This document shows, piece after piece, positions 1-9,094 of a stretch of DNA of 64,000 bases. The notes beneath the pieces are model-generated. The model was not told the origin of the DNA. It saw nothing but the letters and a program-made list of their open reading frames with translations, and did no database searches. The first letter of the stretch is position 1; each line of letters starts with the position of its first letter. The DNA is from a virus, in the IMG/VR virus record IMGVR_UViG_3300044451_000434, positions 1-64,000 of that record. One strand, given 5' to 3'. Both the position numbers and the translations under genes were made by a program.

Positions 1-3000
1 AATCTGTTTCACATGCCTCTCCCCCCTGAGGCGGCTGCGGCTGCTGACCGCATGGATAGGGCGGTAACCTAAGAATCTTCCAATTCAAGTCTCCAGAAGC
101 AACTCCTATAATTGACTTGGGATCATTGAGAGACATCAGACATGGTCGAACGCATACAGTGTGCGGAGCCATCTCACAACCATAAATTACCTCCCTATCG
201 GCTTCGGGAGGATTAACTCCATTTTCTATCAAGAAAGACACAGGAACCATCTGCTCCCAACATATTTCTAATTTTTCCCAATCGATGTTGCCGTTGCACG
301 GCATTGGATAAGCAACTTGACCAGTACCAAAAGCCTGCTGCTCAGAGACTTCATTTAATGGGTATGAAACAATAATTCTGTACTCTCCAACCTGATATTT
401 TGTTTCAGTTTGGTCGTATGAAGACACTTCAACATAGTATATTTGATTGGATAATGTATTGACATCTATAAGAATACCTGTTGATGCAAAAAAACTGTTA
501 TCTGGCGGCGATGTATGATCTCCATTTTCGTCAAAATAAGCCCTGTATATCGGTTTCAAATTAATGTCTGTCAAAGACTCAAATTTTACCAACTGCCTTT
601 CTTCATTGTATATGCGTATAGAGCTGCGAAGTGTGCTTATTCCCCTAGGTTCGATACATATGTCAACTATGCCATTAATAGGCGCAACAAAAGAGTAAAG
701 ATCAGTGTCACCAATGCCAGATATGACTCCTATCGCAGTGGAAACAAAAGCTTCAACCCCATCATTAGAAGAGGCTCCTCGAATTGGCAGCATCCCACTT
801 ATTCTTCTTACCGAGAATACGGGCATGACTGCAGCATAATCAAATTCACCAGCATCAGCATATCTGTCTTCGTCAGAAAGCTCTGGGAATGAGAGTTCGT
901 TTTCTGTTGCTTGATCTGCCTCTGCACTTGGATCAAATTCTGTACTGCCGTAGTAAAAATTATCAACTATCCTTGCTGCCACAATTACTTGATATGGAAA
1001 GCGTGTTTTCCCTTGACGAATCGAGATGGTGTTATCTAGCTCATCAGTAGCTGCCAAAGTATCCACAACCCCAATATCAGCACTAGTTATAACGCTGCTG
1101 CCAAGCAGAGTTACTATATCACTTAATGGTCTGAAAGGATCTTCAGATCTTGGAGCCAATCTTGCATAGCCAATACCAGACGATATGTTAACAATACGGT
1201 CATCTATCCTCACAGGGAATATTTTTGTTCCCTTCCTTTTCCTTCGCCTAAATATATTACCAGTTCCTCCTCCGCTAGGAATGCCTCCAGTGCCTACCGA
1301 CAGCTCTTCTAAATCATTACCTTGAAATTTTATGTAGCCATCAAGTTCTACAACAACATCATCATCAAGAGGTCTACCCTCATCGTCGAAAACCCTAATC
1401 CTGAGATCAACTCCAGAAATTCCATCTAGCCTAGCACTTGCCTGGACATCCTCAATTCTTAATCCATCCTGTATAGGCTGAACATTGGACTCAGTCTGTT
1501 CTCCGAACGCTTCGACTGCAATTTGGCAAAATCCTGGCGCCTTGCCATTGGTTATGCCTCCAGAAACCATAACCAAAGACTCTCCGTCCCAAGTGGATGC
1601 TAGCAACAACCTGCCACCAATAAGAGACCTTCCTTGAGATTTAACATAAAGACCGTTGGATAACTCAAGTATTTCCATTCTCTTGGTGGCATTGGTTCCA
1701 AGATATTTTCCAATTGGAGGAAGTTTTCCACCAATGATTATTAAAGTGCCATCGCAATCAACATGCGCAGCCTTCCCTCGAGGATCAGGTATATCAGCAA
1801 AAATAGAATCTGCAGAATATATATCAAACGGTCTAGCAGTACTTGTTGAAGAACTACTAGAAGAATTGTTGCTTGAAGAAGAAGAAGAAGAAGAAAGTGA
1901 ACTAAAGTAGGAGTCAATATTTGACACATCAAACATGAAAGAATCGGCGAAATAAACCTCCCTTGATTCCTCAACGGTTACTACACTATCCGCATTCCCA
2001 AATGTATAGGAAACCTCTTCATTGATTATACTGCTTCCCCCTGTAAATGCCCATTTAGCATCATCAATTTTTACAGCTGCAGGATACAAACGACCATAGG
2101 TGGCAAGATCGTTATCAAGAACCAAGAAAGAGCCAAGCCACTTATTAGCTGATATGCTGAAAATATGAACATATTTAGAAACTTCTGCAACCTCTAGTAC
2201 GTTTTGCTCGACATTGCTTGCCCCACACAGGGCAAAAATGTAGTCTCCAGCAACTATGCACTTCCCGAACGCATGACCATGTCTAATAACAGGAGGTGAT
2301 CCAGAATTTGATCCTGAGCCACCGAAACCTCCAGAAGAGGGAGAAGGAGGCAAATCAGTTCTCTGTGGCAGGGGGGGCATCTCTTGCCACTCATCTGCCT
2401 CTATACTATATCTGAAGAAATAACTTGAACATTTTGGTTTGTAACCTCCTGAAGAGCCAGATCCGAGGAAAACCATTTCAACTCCGCCAACGACATAGAT
2501 GTATTGATCGTCGTTTGCTACCGACATACCCATCAATGGCTTCGGCATTTTGGCGCAACTTTTCCACCTGTTCTCTGATGACGACCACCGCTCCATGTAG
2601 TTGGTCACTCCAGCAGATGTCAATCCTCCTATAGAGTAAAAATGACCATGTGCATACGCCATCCCGTGCCAGCATTTCTTGAAACCCATATCTGCGGTTC
2701 TTGTCCAACCGCTGTCTGCATCATTAAGGTCGTGTATGTAGCATGTGGCTGTTAGTGGCAAGACGATCTCATTTCTAAAAATCAGACCCGCCTCATCAGT
2801 CAATTCTGAAGGATCTGGGCGTGGTATAGGCGATCCAGAAGATCCATCACCCGAACCTCCGTCGCCACCTCCGTCGCCACCTCCGTCGCCACCTCCGTCG
2901 CCACCTCCGTCGCCACCTCCGTCGCCACCTCCGTCGCCACCTCCGTCGCCACCTCCGTCGCCACCTCCGTCGCCACCTCCGTCGCCACCCATCAGCGCTG

Positions 3001-6000
3001 CAAAAGAACCACCCTGATATGACAAGGATACTCCATGGACACGTTGTCTATAAACGAATCCAAAGTTTCCTTTATCATAGTTGCATTCGGCAAATACTGT
3101 TGTGCTAAAAGACATGCCTGGAGATATTGGCAAAATGGCAACTTTCACAACAGAAGATAGAGCAGGAACCTCGCCTATTTCATTTGGCTCATACCAAGAT
3201 CCGCTTTCATTTACAACTTGAGTCTTGAGTGTTTGTGCAGATACTCCTGGCAATTCACTTCCGCAAGATGTGATATATACATCTACATCTGCTGGCACAG
3301 GATTATTTGCGAATGTAACGACAAATACCAAATTGTGATGTGCTTCTCCATCAGCAAGTACTTCATTGGTAAACAACCTTTGCCCATCCCTCTCTATCCA
3401 TCCAAAGTGGACATTGAGTGGCTCTCTAAATTTTATGAGTTTTTCAGGCACCCCCATGCCCTTTCTGCCCTCTCCATAAACTGTGGAGGTATAGATAGAG
3501 GAGTTGACAAAAAGATTCGCCGCAACAGATACGGCAATATCATAATCAATCCAGTTGTTGGGGTTTTCAGGATCTGATGATGGCAAATCAGACCAGCCAG
3601 CAACTGAAAAAGTTTCGCAAGTCACATTACCTGTTCTTGCAGTTGTTGGCTTGCCAAACCTATTCCACTTGAGAGGTATAAATGCGTTGCTTAAAACTCT
3701 AAAATAGGTTTGATTACCCGGTTCAAGTTGCAGAGTGGAATCATTCGTGTATACAAGTCCGCCTTTTATTATTTTGACAGGGCTACTCCAATAGGGTATA
3801 GATGTCGACCCCTCTTCAGTGAAACGCACTGGCCGATGAATCTTGACATCGATTACTGTATTTTCAGACATCGGCACATAAGTGGCATTCGGCAAAGACC
3901 CGTATAAAGAGCCGTCATCAGATATGTAACAACTCTTAAAATTATCAGTATTGATGTTTTGATCGATTTGATCTAAAGACATTACATCTCTTACAGTTCT
4001 GAATATAGCACTCTGCTCTCCATCGCTATATATAATTTGTGTATTTCTGTATCCAAAAGATTGCACCGGACCGTCAGCATAAATCGCTGCTGTCTGTAAA
4101 GAATTTTCTACTATAGGGTCTTCTACCTCCTCATTTTGATAAGGAATCAAGCAAGCTACGGTGCTTACGGAAGCCGACTGGCCAGAGAGAGAAACACTAA
4201 CCCTTATCACATACTCCTCAGGAATTATGTAGTAGACTGACTGAGAACCGCCAAAGTTTACGTCCCCATTATCTCCTATACTACTTCCAGGTGATGATCG
4301 GGTCACTATTGAGGTTACCACATCAGAAGCTGGGCCGAAGTACACCCTATCTGACTTGCCACCAACTGTAAAATCCCAAACTCCAAAGGCATATCTTGGG
4401 TCATCTGATTGTGATGTTGAATAGAATGGACGGTTTCTGCTGTTTCTGAAGCCTATCAATTCCCACCTGACGGGAGTGCCGTCTGGACTCGGCTTACGTA
4501 AAACTGTTGTGGCATTAGATTTATCTGGGTCTATTATGGAAATTTCAGCCACCTGCTGAGCAATATCAAGACCGTTAGCAATTGGAGATCGTGCAGTAAA
4601 ATCCACACGAAGGGTGGGAGCAACAACTATATATTTGTGAACTGTCCTTCTGAGTCCATTGATTGAAACTGTCGCGCACACCTCTGCAGCACAAGATACA
4701 TCAGGAACTTGGATGTAAAAGTCAGCTACTGACATACCACCAGTCAAGGTGGTGCTATAATAAATAATTTCTGTAGGAGAACTGAAGTAGGCGACTGGAG
4801 AACTAGGTATCAGTATGGTAGAATCTTTATAAGTGGCTGTATCAATAATATTTGTAGCAGCTTCAACCCTCTGCCACAAACTAGGCCCTGGAAGATCAAC
4901 CTGTTCAGCAACACCAAAAAATTCACGATTGTTTATATTACTGCAAACTTCAGTAAAAGCACCTTCATCACCTACCGAACTGCTATACTTAGGCATGTCG
5001 GCATCAAAACTGTTTATTGTGCATACAGAACCGGCAGGAAGACCCTTTTTGCGGTATTGCGCAAATACAGCAAAAGAGAGCGGCAACTTTCTTCCTGCAT
5101 AAGCACCCACCTCAACCGTTGTCGGATTTACAGTCGACGCGGGGGAACCACAAAATGACTGCCCATTAAGCGAAGATCTTGCTAGACCTGTACACTCGTA
5201 AGAAACAGAATCTCCAGCCCCGGCTGTAAGAGTTATACCTATGGGGTTTTGAAATGCTATCCTAATTGGCTGGGTGACGAATGCGAACGACCTATCAGAA
5301 GTGGCCGTTGAGTCAGATCCTAAAATATTTACAGAATCTCCAACAGCATTTTGCCTAATTGTGATACCAACCTTGGCTGAAAAGAAAATACTTTCCAAAC
5401 ATGCAAGTCGCTCGGGAGACGCAGGAGCAAGGCTGATGTCAAAACGTGTCCAACCATTTGCCAAGCTGACTTGGTTAAATCGTACAGTATCTCTAAATTT
5501 AAAAAGTTGCACAGACGCACTTCTAGTTAATGCGTCAAAAGTAAAATCTGTATTTGTGAAACAAAAACCAGGAATTGTGACTGATCCCTGATCGGAAGAA
5601 GAGTATACGAATTCGGTCGTGATTGTGAAGTTGTTCTGATCAGGCAGTGCATTACCGTATTGATCAGTAACCCTGCAATACAAATACACCCTCTCATCAA
5701 ACCATGCATTTACATCAAAAAAGAGTCTTGGAAGCAAAGGGTTGAACCATCTTACAGTGGTAGTTCTAGAATCGATTCGGTCGTATCTTAAACCATAAAC
5801 AGCCTCTGGACCCACCCCTATCGGTGATTCAGATTGTGGAATAATGACCTCAATTGACTCTGGTGAGCTCAAATTGCCATATCTATCTCTAGTGTACACA
5901 GAGAAATATGCTTTTTTTCCTGGCTCTATATCTTGAGCACAATCTTCTCCCAAAAGTGAAAGTTCACCGAAAAAATCATTAATAGAAGCAAGTGGTCTAT

Positions 6001-9000
6001 CAGCAACGCAAATTCTACCCGAACGTAGAACGCATGAATTGTCCTGAGGATCACCAACAAAAATTGGGTAATACCCAGAAGAAAGTCCGCCATCTTGCTC
6101 AACTATAGGAAAATCATTCTTTTGGTAATAAACAATTATGCTTGAAACATCTGAAGAAATCGGAGGAATCCAGTTAAGTATAACCTTGCTCCTGCTTGCC
6201 CTCGCCGACAGTACAGAAACTGGAGGCAATGACACTGATGGCCTCTCGTTTTCTAGCACCATGCGTGGAGTGTATTGAAAAAGCCCACTGTCTTCGGGAG
6301 CAGAAAAATCACTGCTGCCATCACTAGAAGAGGAAAAAATTCTGAAGAAGTGTCTCATGCCTCCCCAAATAAGTCTTCCCCTCTGCCCTTGTGCCCCAGG
6401 TGTTAACGGGCTGTCAAAGTCATCGTTAAACATGAACTCGTGCTCACCGATGCCAAAAAAGTCATCAACAACTGTGTCCCCCTGATCAACATCGCATGGA
6501 CCAACATCGTCTCCTAACGCCATGCGAACCCTCAAGTCGCTTTGCGAAATATCCTGATTACCTGAACCTGGTGGTCTCGAATTAACAGAGCCCAAATAAG
6601 ATCCGACGTTAGAGGCTCCTGCTATGTCTTGATTGAGAACTCGTAGATGCCCTAGTTCTTTAGTTCTCTTTATTTTTATGCGAACATTTTCACCTTCGCC
6701 AACTGCATGAGGCCCAACAAACCAACTGAGCACGACAGCTCTATCTCCGTTATCTTGCAAAACACCAGAAGACAAAGAGGACTGAACCTGAACTTCCAAG
6801 AAAGATGCATGCACGGAAAACTCAGAAACTCTGCCAAACCATCGGGCAAATTTGCCATCGGGATCAGCACCAACACATACTCCACCAATGTAGAAAGACT
6901 GGACAGTATTGCAGGATATTTCTGCAAAATCAGCACCAACATACAACCTGATTACTGAAGAGTCCTTTGAATAAGACCAAGCAACCCTGTGCCAGTTGTC
7001 GGCGCTCATGGGCATGCTTAGAGAATTACCAGACCAATAACTATGAACTTGGGATCCATCCCAATAAATTATCAGTGGGTCTCCATTGACAATAGTAAAT
7101 ATTATCGATTTATTACCTGAAGAAGATGTTCCATAAACCCATATGGCAAAAGTAAGATCCCCAACTATATTTCCTACATCAGAGTTCGTCTTTATATATT
7201 GGTCTCTACCATTGAGACGCAAAGCAAAACCTTTGCCTTCACCAGTTGGCGTGGGCGGAGACTGATCGCCCCCCACCCATAGAGGCGGCACAGGTCCATA
7301 AAAAACAGACGCATGATTGCTGTTATATGAAAAATCATATAATTTCTCTCCTCCGCCCTCGTCCATGTGCAGTATCAGAGCTGCATCTTGCGATCTCTTG
7401 ACCCCAGTTCCAACCATCTCCTTACCGATCAAACTCTTGATTCCAGGTGGTCTTGGGCCGCCTATTGGCACACGAATATAGCTAGCTTCACCGAAAACAC
7501 CTCGAGAATCATAGGGATAAATGCCGTAGTACACATTGGACACGCCACTAGGAGATATATTGACATGCATATCCACCAAACCATTTGCAACTATGTCTCC
7601 ATCTGTGGGAGATACAGGATAACGGTCGTATCTTCTGACGACTTGAACTCCATAAAAATCAGTTCCTTCGTCCTTGAGCGCCCCACCCTTTGCCACAAGA
7701 GGGTTTGAGGGTGTAGATATTTGCTCCTCAGTAGCAGCGAACCACTCAACTTTGATTGTATCACCTTGAAAGGTGGATATCACTGAATTGAGACGACCAG
7801 GATATGCATTATTTATTGCAGATAATATGTTTGAAGCAACATCATATCTTGCCTTGCTTTTATCTGACCAACTCATAGAACCGCTTTGATCAACAACAAA
7901 AACTATCGTCCTTTCTGGCAGATTGAGAGCCAAGCCACCTTCTACAGATGCAGTATTAGTGAATTTAGGTTTCAAAGAAGCATTATCAAAATCAGTTATT
8001 GTAATTGATTTTTGAATCGCAGGACTTGTCTGTATACAGACATCAGAAGACGGTGATGCCGCGTACACCCTAATAGCCATCCTGTTAGGAACTTCATAAT
8101 TACCACTAGTACTATAAATCAGTGTTTTGGTTGCCTGATCAGATGCAGATACGGCATCTTCATCCCAAACAAAATAACGAGAAGGACTTGCAGGGCTTTG
8201 GATTACGGCTACGCCAAATTTAGTTGGCATCGCAGGTACATCAAACCCGGGGAGTGATCGTAAACCAAAATTGACCCATCCATCCTCGGCATAAGGGGTG
8301 ACATCAGACTCCACTCCAACTATTGGATATTCGCCAACAACAGTGTTGTCATCTGCGACATCTAGAATTTTAATATGCACAGTGGTGTATGCTGAAGAAA
8401 AACTATCTATAATAGTGTTTTTATTGAAGTCAGACACAACAACTTCATCAATAATAGCGAATTTCCCCCCACTAGTAGCGGTGTGTATAGATATTATTGC
8501 AGCCTGATTCTCCTCTTCCAAAAAAAGATTTTCTACTGCAATGATAAAACAATCTACAACATAGCCGCTACCATAAAACATCATCTCTACATCTTGCTCG
8601 CCTGCCTCAGGAGGAAGCCAATTAAGCCTTATCCAAAACCATTCAGGATTCTGAGCTTCCATTATGTCTTCAGGAGATATTTGGATACTACTGAATGTCG
8701 AATGACCACATTTTACAACCACCCTAATATTTGTAAATACGGCATATGGTGATATACGTAAAAATAAATTGTGAAGCACCGATACAGAAGCTTTTATTCT
8801 ATATCTACAAACAGATGGTAAACCCAAATCTTCAAAAAACATATCAAAAGCACATGATCCATATGCCTCTGGATAGTCAAATCTAAATCTAGAGGCATGG
8901 TTCCCGAATTCAAAATCTACAACATTTCCTACATCAATATATGTCTTCCCAGAAACAAGTATGGGGGCGCCATGCCCGGCTCCACCAACGCCATGCAGAT

Positions 9001-9034
9001 GAAGAGAAATTCTAGAAAATTCTTGCGACGACAT
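1..9034 (-). CDS. Giant multidomain adhesin-like/virion protein, >3011 aa, 3'-truncated by the window edge (vWA motif, FN3, LamG, Big_1 Ig-like repeats, GGDG linker, Kelch propeller, PPC-like module)
   Basis: ATG at 9034 (MSSQEFSRISLHLHG...), in-frame TAA upstream at 9059-9061 and an AGAGGT SD-like motif just upstream of the ATG. I translated it by hand and the frame stays open to base 2 (...PQGGEACETD). The ORF track lists no minus-strand ORF in this frame, consistent with no internal stop. Confidence 0.93.
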   Translation of the reverse strand, partial: MSSQEFSRISLHLHGVGGAGHGAPILVSGKTYIDVGNVVDFEFGNHASRFRFDYPEAYGSCAFDMFFEDLGLPSVCRYRIKASVSVLHNLFLRISPYAVFTNIRVVVKCGHSTFSSIQISPEDIMEAQNPEWFWIRLNWLPPEAGEQDVEMMFYGSGYVVDCFIIAVENLFLEEENQAAIISIHTATSGGKFAIIDEVVVSDFNKNTIIDSFSSAYTTVHIKILDVADDNTVVGEYPIVGVESDVTPYAEDGWVNFGLRSLPGFDVPAMPTKFGVAVIQSPASPSRYFVWDEDAVSASDQATKTLIYSTSGNYEVPNRMAIRVYAASPSSDVCIQTSPAIQKSITITDFDNASLKPKFTNTASVEGGLALNLPERTIVFVVDQSGSMSWSDKSKARYDVASNILSAINNAYPGRLNSVISTFQGDTIKVEWFAATEEQISTPSNPLVAKGGALKDEGTDFYGVQVVRRYDRYPVSPTDGDIVANGLVDMHVNISPSGVSNVYYGIYPYDSRGVFGEASYIRVPIGGPRPPGIKSLIGKEMVGTGVKRSQDAALILHMDEGGGEKLYDFSYNSNHASVFYGPVPPLWVGGDQSPPTPTGEGKGFALRLNGRDQYIKTNSDVGNIVGDLTFAIWVYGTSSSGNKSIIFTIVNGDPLIIYWDGSQVHSYWSGNSLSMPMSADNWHRVAWSYSKDSSVIRLYVGADFAEISCNTVQSFYIGGVCVGADPDGKFARWFGRVSEFSVHASFLEVQVQSSLSSGVLQDNGDRAVVLSWFVGPHAVGEGENVRIKIKRTKELGHLRVLNQDIAGASNVGSYLGSVNSRPPGSGNQDISQSDLRVRMALGDDVGPCDVDQGDTVVDDFFGIGEHEFMFNDDFDSPLTPGAQGQRGRLIWGGMRHFFRIFSSSSDGSSDFSAPEDSGLFQYTPRMVLENERPSVSLPPVSVLSARASRSKVILNWIPPISSDVSSIIVYYQKNDFPIVEQDGGLSSGYYPIFVGDPQDNSCVLRSGRICVADRPLASINDFFGELSLLGEDCAQDIEPGKKAYFSVYTRDRYGNLSSPESIEVIIPQSESPIGVGPEAVYGLRYDRIDSRTTTVRWFNPLLPRLFFDVNAWFDERVYLYCRVTDQYGNALPDQNNFTITTEFVYSSSDQGSVTIPGFCFTNTDFTFDALTRSASVQLFKFRDTVRFNQVSLANGWTRFDISLAPASPERLACLESIFFSAKVGITIRQNAVGDSVNILGSDSTATSDRSFAFVTQPIRIAFQNPIGITLTAGAGDSVSYECTGLARSSLNGQSFCGSPASTVNPTTVEVGAYAGRKLPLSFAVFAQYRKKGLPAGSVCTINSFDADMPKYSSSVGDEGAFTEVCSNINNREFFGVAEQVDLPGPSLWQRVEAATNIIDTATYKDSTILIPSSPVAYFSSPTEIIYYSTTLTGGMSVADFYIQVPDVSCAAEVCATVSINGLRRTVHKYIVVAPTLRVDFTARSPIANGLDIAQQVAEISIIDPDKSNATTVLRKPSPDGTPVRWELIGFRNSRNRPFYSTSQSDDPRYAFGVWDFTVGGKSDRVYFGPASDVVTSIVTRSSPGSSIGDNGDVNFGGSQSVYYIIPEEYVIRVSVSLSGQSASVSTVACLIPYQNEEVEDPIVENSLQTAAIYADGPVQSFGYRNTQIIYSDGEQSAIFRTVRDVMSLDQIDQNINTDNFKSCYISDDGSLYGSLPNATYVPMSENTVIDVKIHRPVRFTEEGSTSIPYWSSPVKIIKGGLVYTNDSTLQLEPGNQTYFRVLSNAFIPLKWNRFGKPTTARTGNVTCETFSVAGWSDLPSSDPENPNNWIDYDIAVSVAANLFVNSSIYTSTVYGEGRKGMGVPEKLIKFREPLNVHFGWIERDGQRLFTNEVLADGEAHHNLVFVVTFANNPVPADVDVYITSCGSELPGVSAQTLKTQVVNESGSWYEPNEIGEVPALSSVVKVAILPISPGMSFSTTVFAECNYDKGNFGFVYRQRVHGVSLSYQGGSFAALMGGDGGGDGGGDGGGDGGGDGGGDGGGDGGGDGGGDGGGDGGGDGGSGDGSSGSPIPRPDPSELTDEAGLIFRNEIVLPLTATCYIHDLNDADSGWTRTADMGFKKCWHGMAYAHGHFYSIGGLTSAGVTNYMERWSSSENRWKSCAKMPKPLMGMSVANDDQYIYVVGGVEMVFLGSGSSGGYKPKCSSYFFRYSIEADEWQEMPPLPQRTDLPPSPSSGGFGGSGSNSGSPPVIRHGHAFGKCIVAGDYIFALCGASNVEQNVLEVAEVSKYVHIFSISANKWLGSFLVLDNDLATYGRLYPAAVKIDDAKWAFTGGSSIINEEVSYTFGNADSVVTVEESREVYFADSFMFDVSNIDSYFSSLSSSSSSSSNNSSSSSSTSTARPFDIYSADSIFADIPDPRGKAAHVDCDGTLIIIGGKLPPIGKYLGTNATKRMEILELSNGLYVKSQGRSLIGGRLLLASTWDGESLVMVSGGITNGKAPGFCQIAVEAFGEQTESNVQPIQDGLRIEDVQASARLDGISGVDLRIRVFDDEGRPLDDDVVVELDGYIKFQGNDLEELSVGTGGIPSGGGTGNIFRRRKRKGTKIFPVRIDDRIVNISSGIGYARLAPRSEDPFRPLSDIVTLLGSSVITSADIGVVDTLAATDELDNTISIRQGKTRFPYQVIVAARIVDNFYYGSTEFDPSAEADQATENELSFPELSDEDRYADAGEFDYAAVMPVFSVRRISGMLPIRGASSNDGVEAFVSTAIGVISGIGDTDLYSFVAPINGIVDICIEPRGISTLRSSIRIYNEERQLVKFESLTDINLKPIYRAYFDENGDHTSPPDNSFFASTGILIDVNTLSNQIYYVEVSSYDQTETKYQVGEYRIIVSYPLNEVSEQQAFGTGQVAYPMPCNGNIDWEKLEICWEQMVPVSFLIENGVNPPEADREVIYGCEMAPHTVCVRPCLMSLNDPKSIIGVASGDLNWKILRLPPYPCGQQPQPPQGGEACETD
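375..735 (-). other. PPC-like (pre-peptidase C-terminal) beta-sandwich module within the 1..9034 CDS
   Basis: GVISGIGDTDLYSFVAPINGIVDICI...LRSSIRIYN...YYVEVSSY...GEYRIIV fits the PPC pattern GxI...GDxDxYxF...LRLxD...YYVxVS...GxYxL. Confidence 0.6.
1545..2750 (-). other. Kelch-repeat beta-propeller within the 1..9034 CDS
   Basis: Repeated GG...Y/F...W blades: HFYSIGGL..MERWSSSENRW, YIYVVGGV..FRYSIEADEWQEMPPLP, YIFALCG..SANKW, WAFTGG, LIIIGGK, VMVSGG. Confidence 0.8.
1841..1903 (-). repeat. Poly-serine tract inside the Kelch region
   Basis: Encodes SSLSSSSSSSNNSSSSSSTS and includes a (GAA)n run on the + strand. Confidence 0.85.
2855..2989. repeat. Perfect 12-bp tandem repeat (ACCTCCGTCGCC)x11 + ACC, encoding (GGDG)11 in the minus-strand giant CDS
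   Basis: Counted directly: 11 identical units, unit length divisible by 3, in frame with the 9034 ATG. Confidence 0.97.
3200..5720 (-). other. Several Big_1 (invasin/intimin-like) Ig modules within the 1..9034 CDS
   Basis: RVTDQYGNALPD; PIANGLDIAQQVAEISIID..PDGTPVRW; VLADGEAHHNLVFVVTFANNPVPADVDV; another near 1350-1430 (RLDGISGVDLRIRVFDDEGRPL). Confidence 0.55.
6800..7385 (-). other. LamG/concanavalin-A-like lectin domain within the 1..9034 CDS
   Basis: LILHMDEGGGEKLYDFSYNSNHA..ALRLNGRDQYI..LTFAIWV..WHRVAWSY..IRLYVG..FGRVSEFSVH is the typical Laminin_G_3 pattern. Confidence 0.85.
7765..7912 (-). other. von Willebrand factor A (vWA) N-terminal segment with MIDAS DxSxS
   Basis: RTIVFVVDQSGSMSWSDKSKARYDVA (DQSGS at 7877-7891). 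Confidence 0.75.
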
Positions 9035-9045
9035 TTCTAAACCTC

Positions 9046-9088
9046 TATTTCTGCAAAATTATTCTCTACCCTCGCCAAATGATTTATC
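9046..9088 (-). promoter_or_regulatory. Conserved intergenic motif, copy 1 (candidate late promoter or operator)
   Basis: Minus strand ATAAATCATTTGGCGAGGGTAGAGAATAATTTTGCAGAAATA resembles the 30774-30817 intergenic sequence. Confidence 0.5.
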
Positions 9089-9094
9089 GCTATT

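Noticed and set aside
1225-1250. RRRKRK basic patch as a nuclear localisation signal
   Set aside because: A single short patch in a prokaryotic-style gene with no supporting context
1656-1910. Glu/Leu-rich + strand ORFs (also 48892..49077)
   Set aside because: Antisense shadows of poly-Ser codons
2855-2989. Possible CRISPR array
   Set aside because: Contiguous 12-bp units with no spacers and no cas genes
2745-3017. Pro-rich (PPPS)n ORF on + and (ATEV)n ORF 2800..2988 on -
   Set aside because: Alternative-frame readings of the 12-bp repeat inside the >3011-aa CDS
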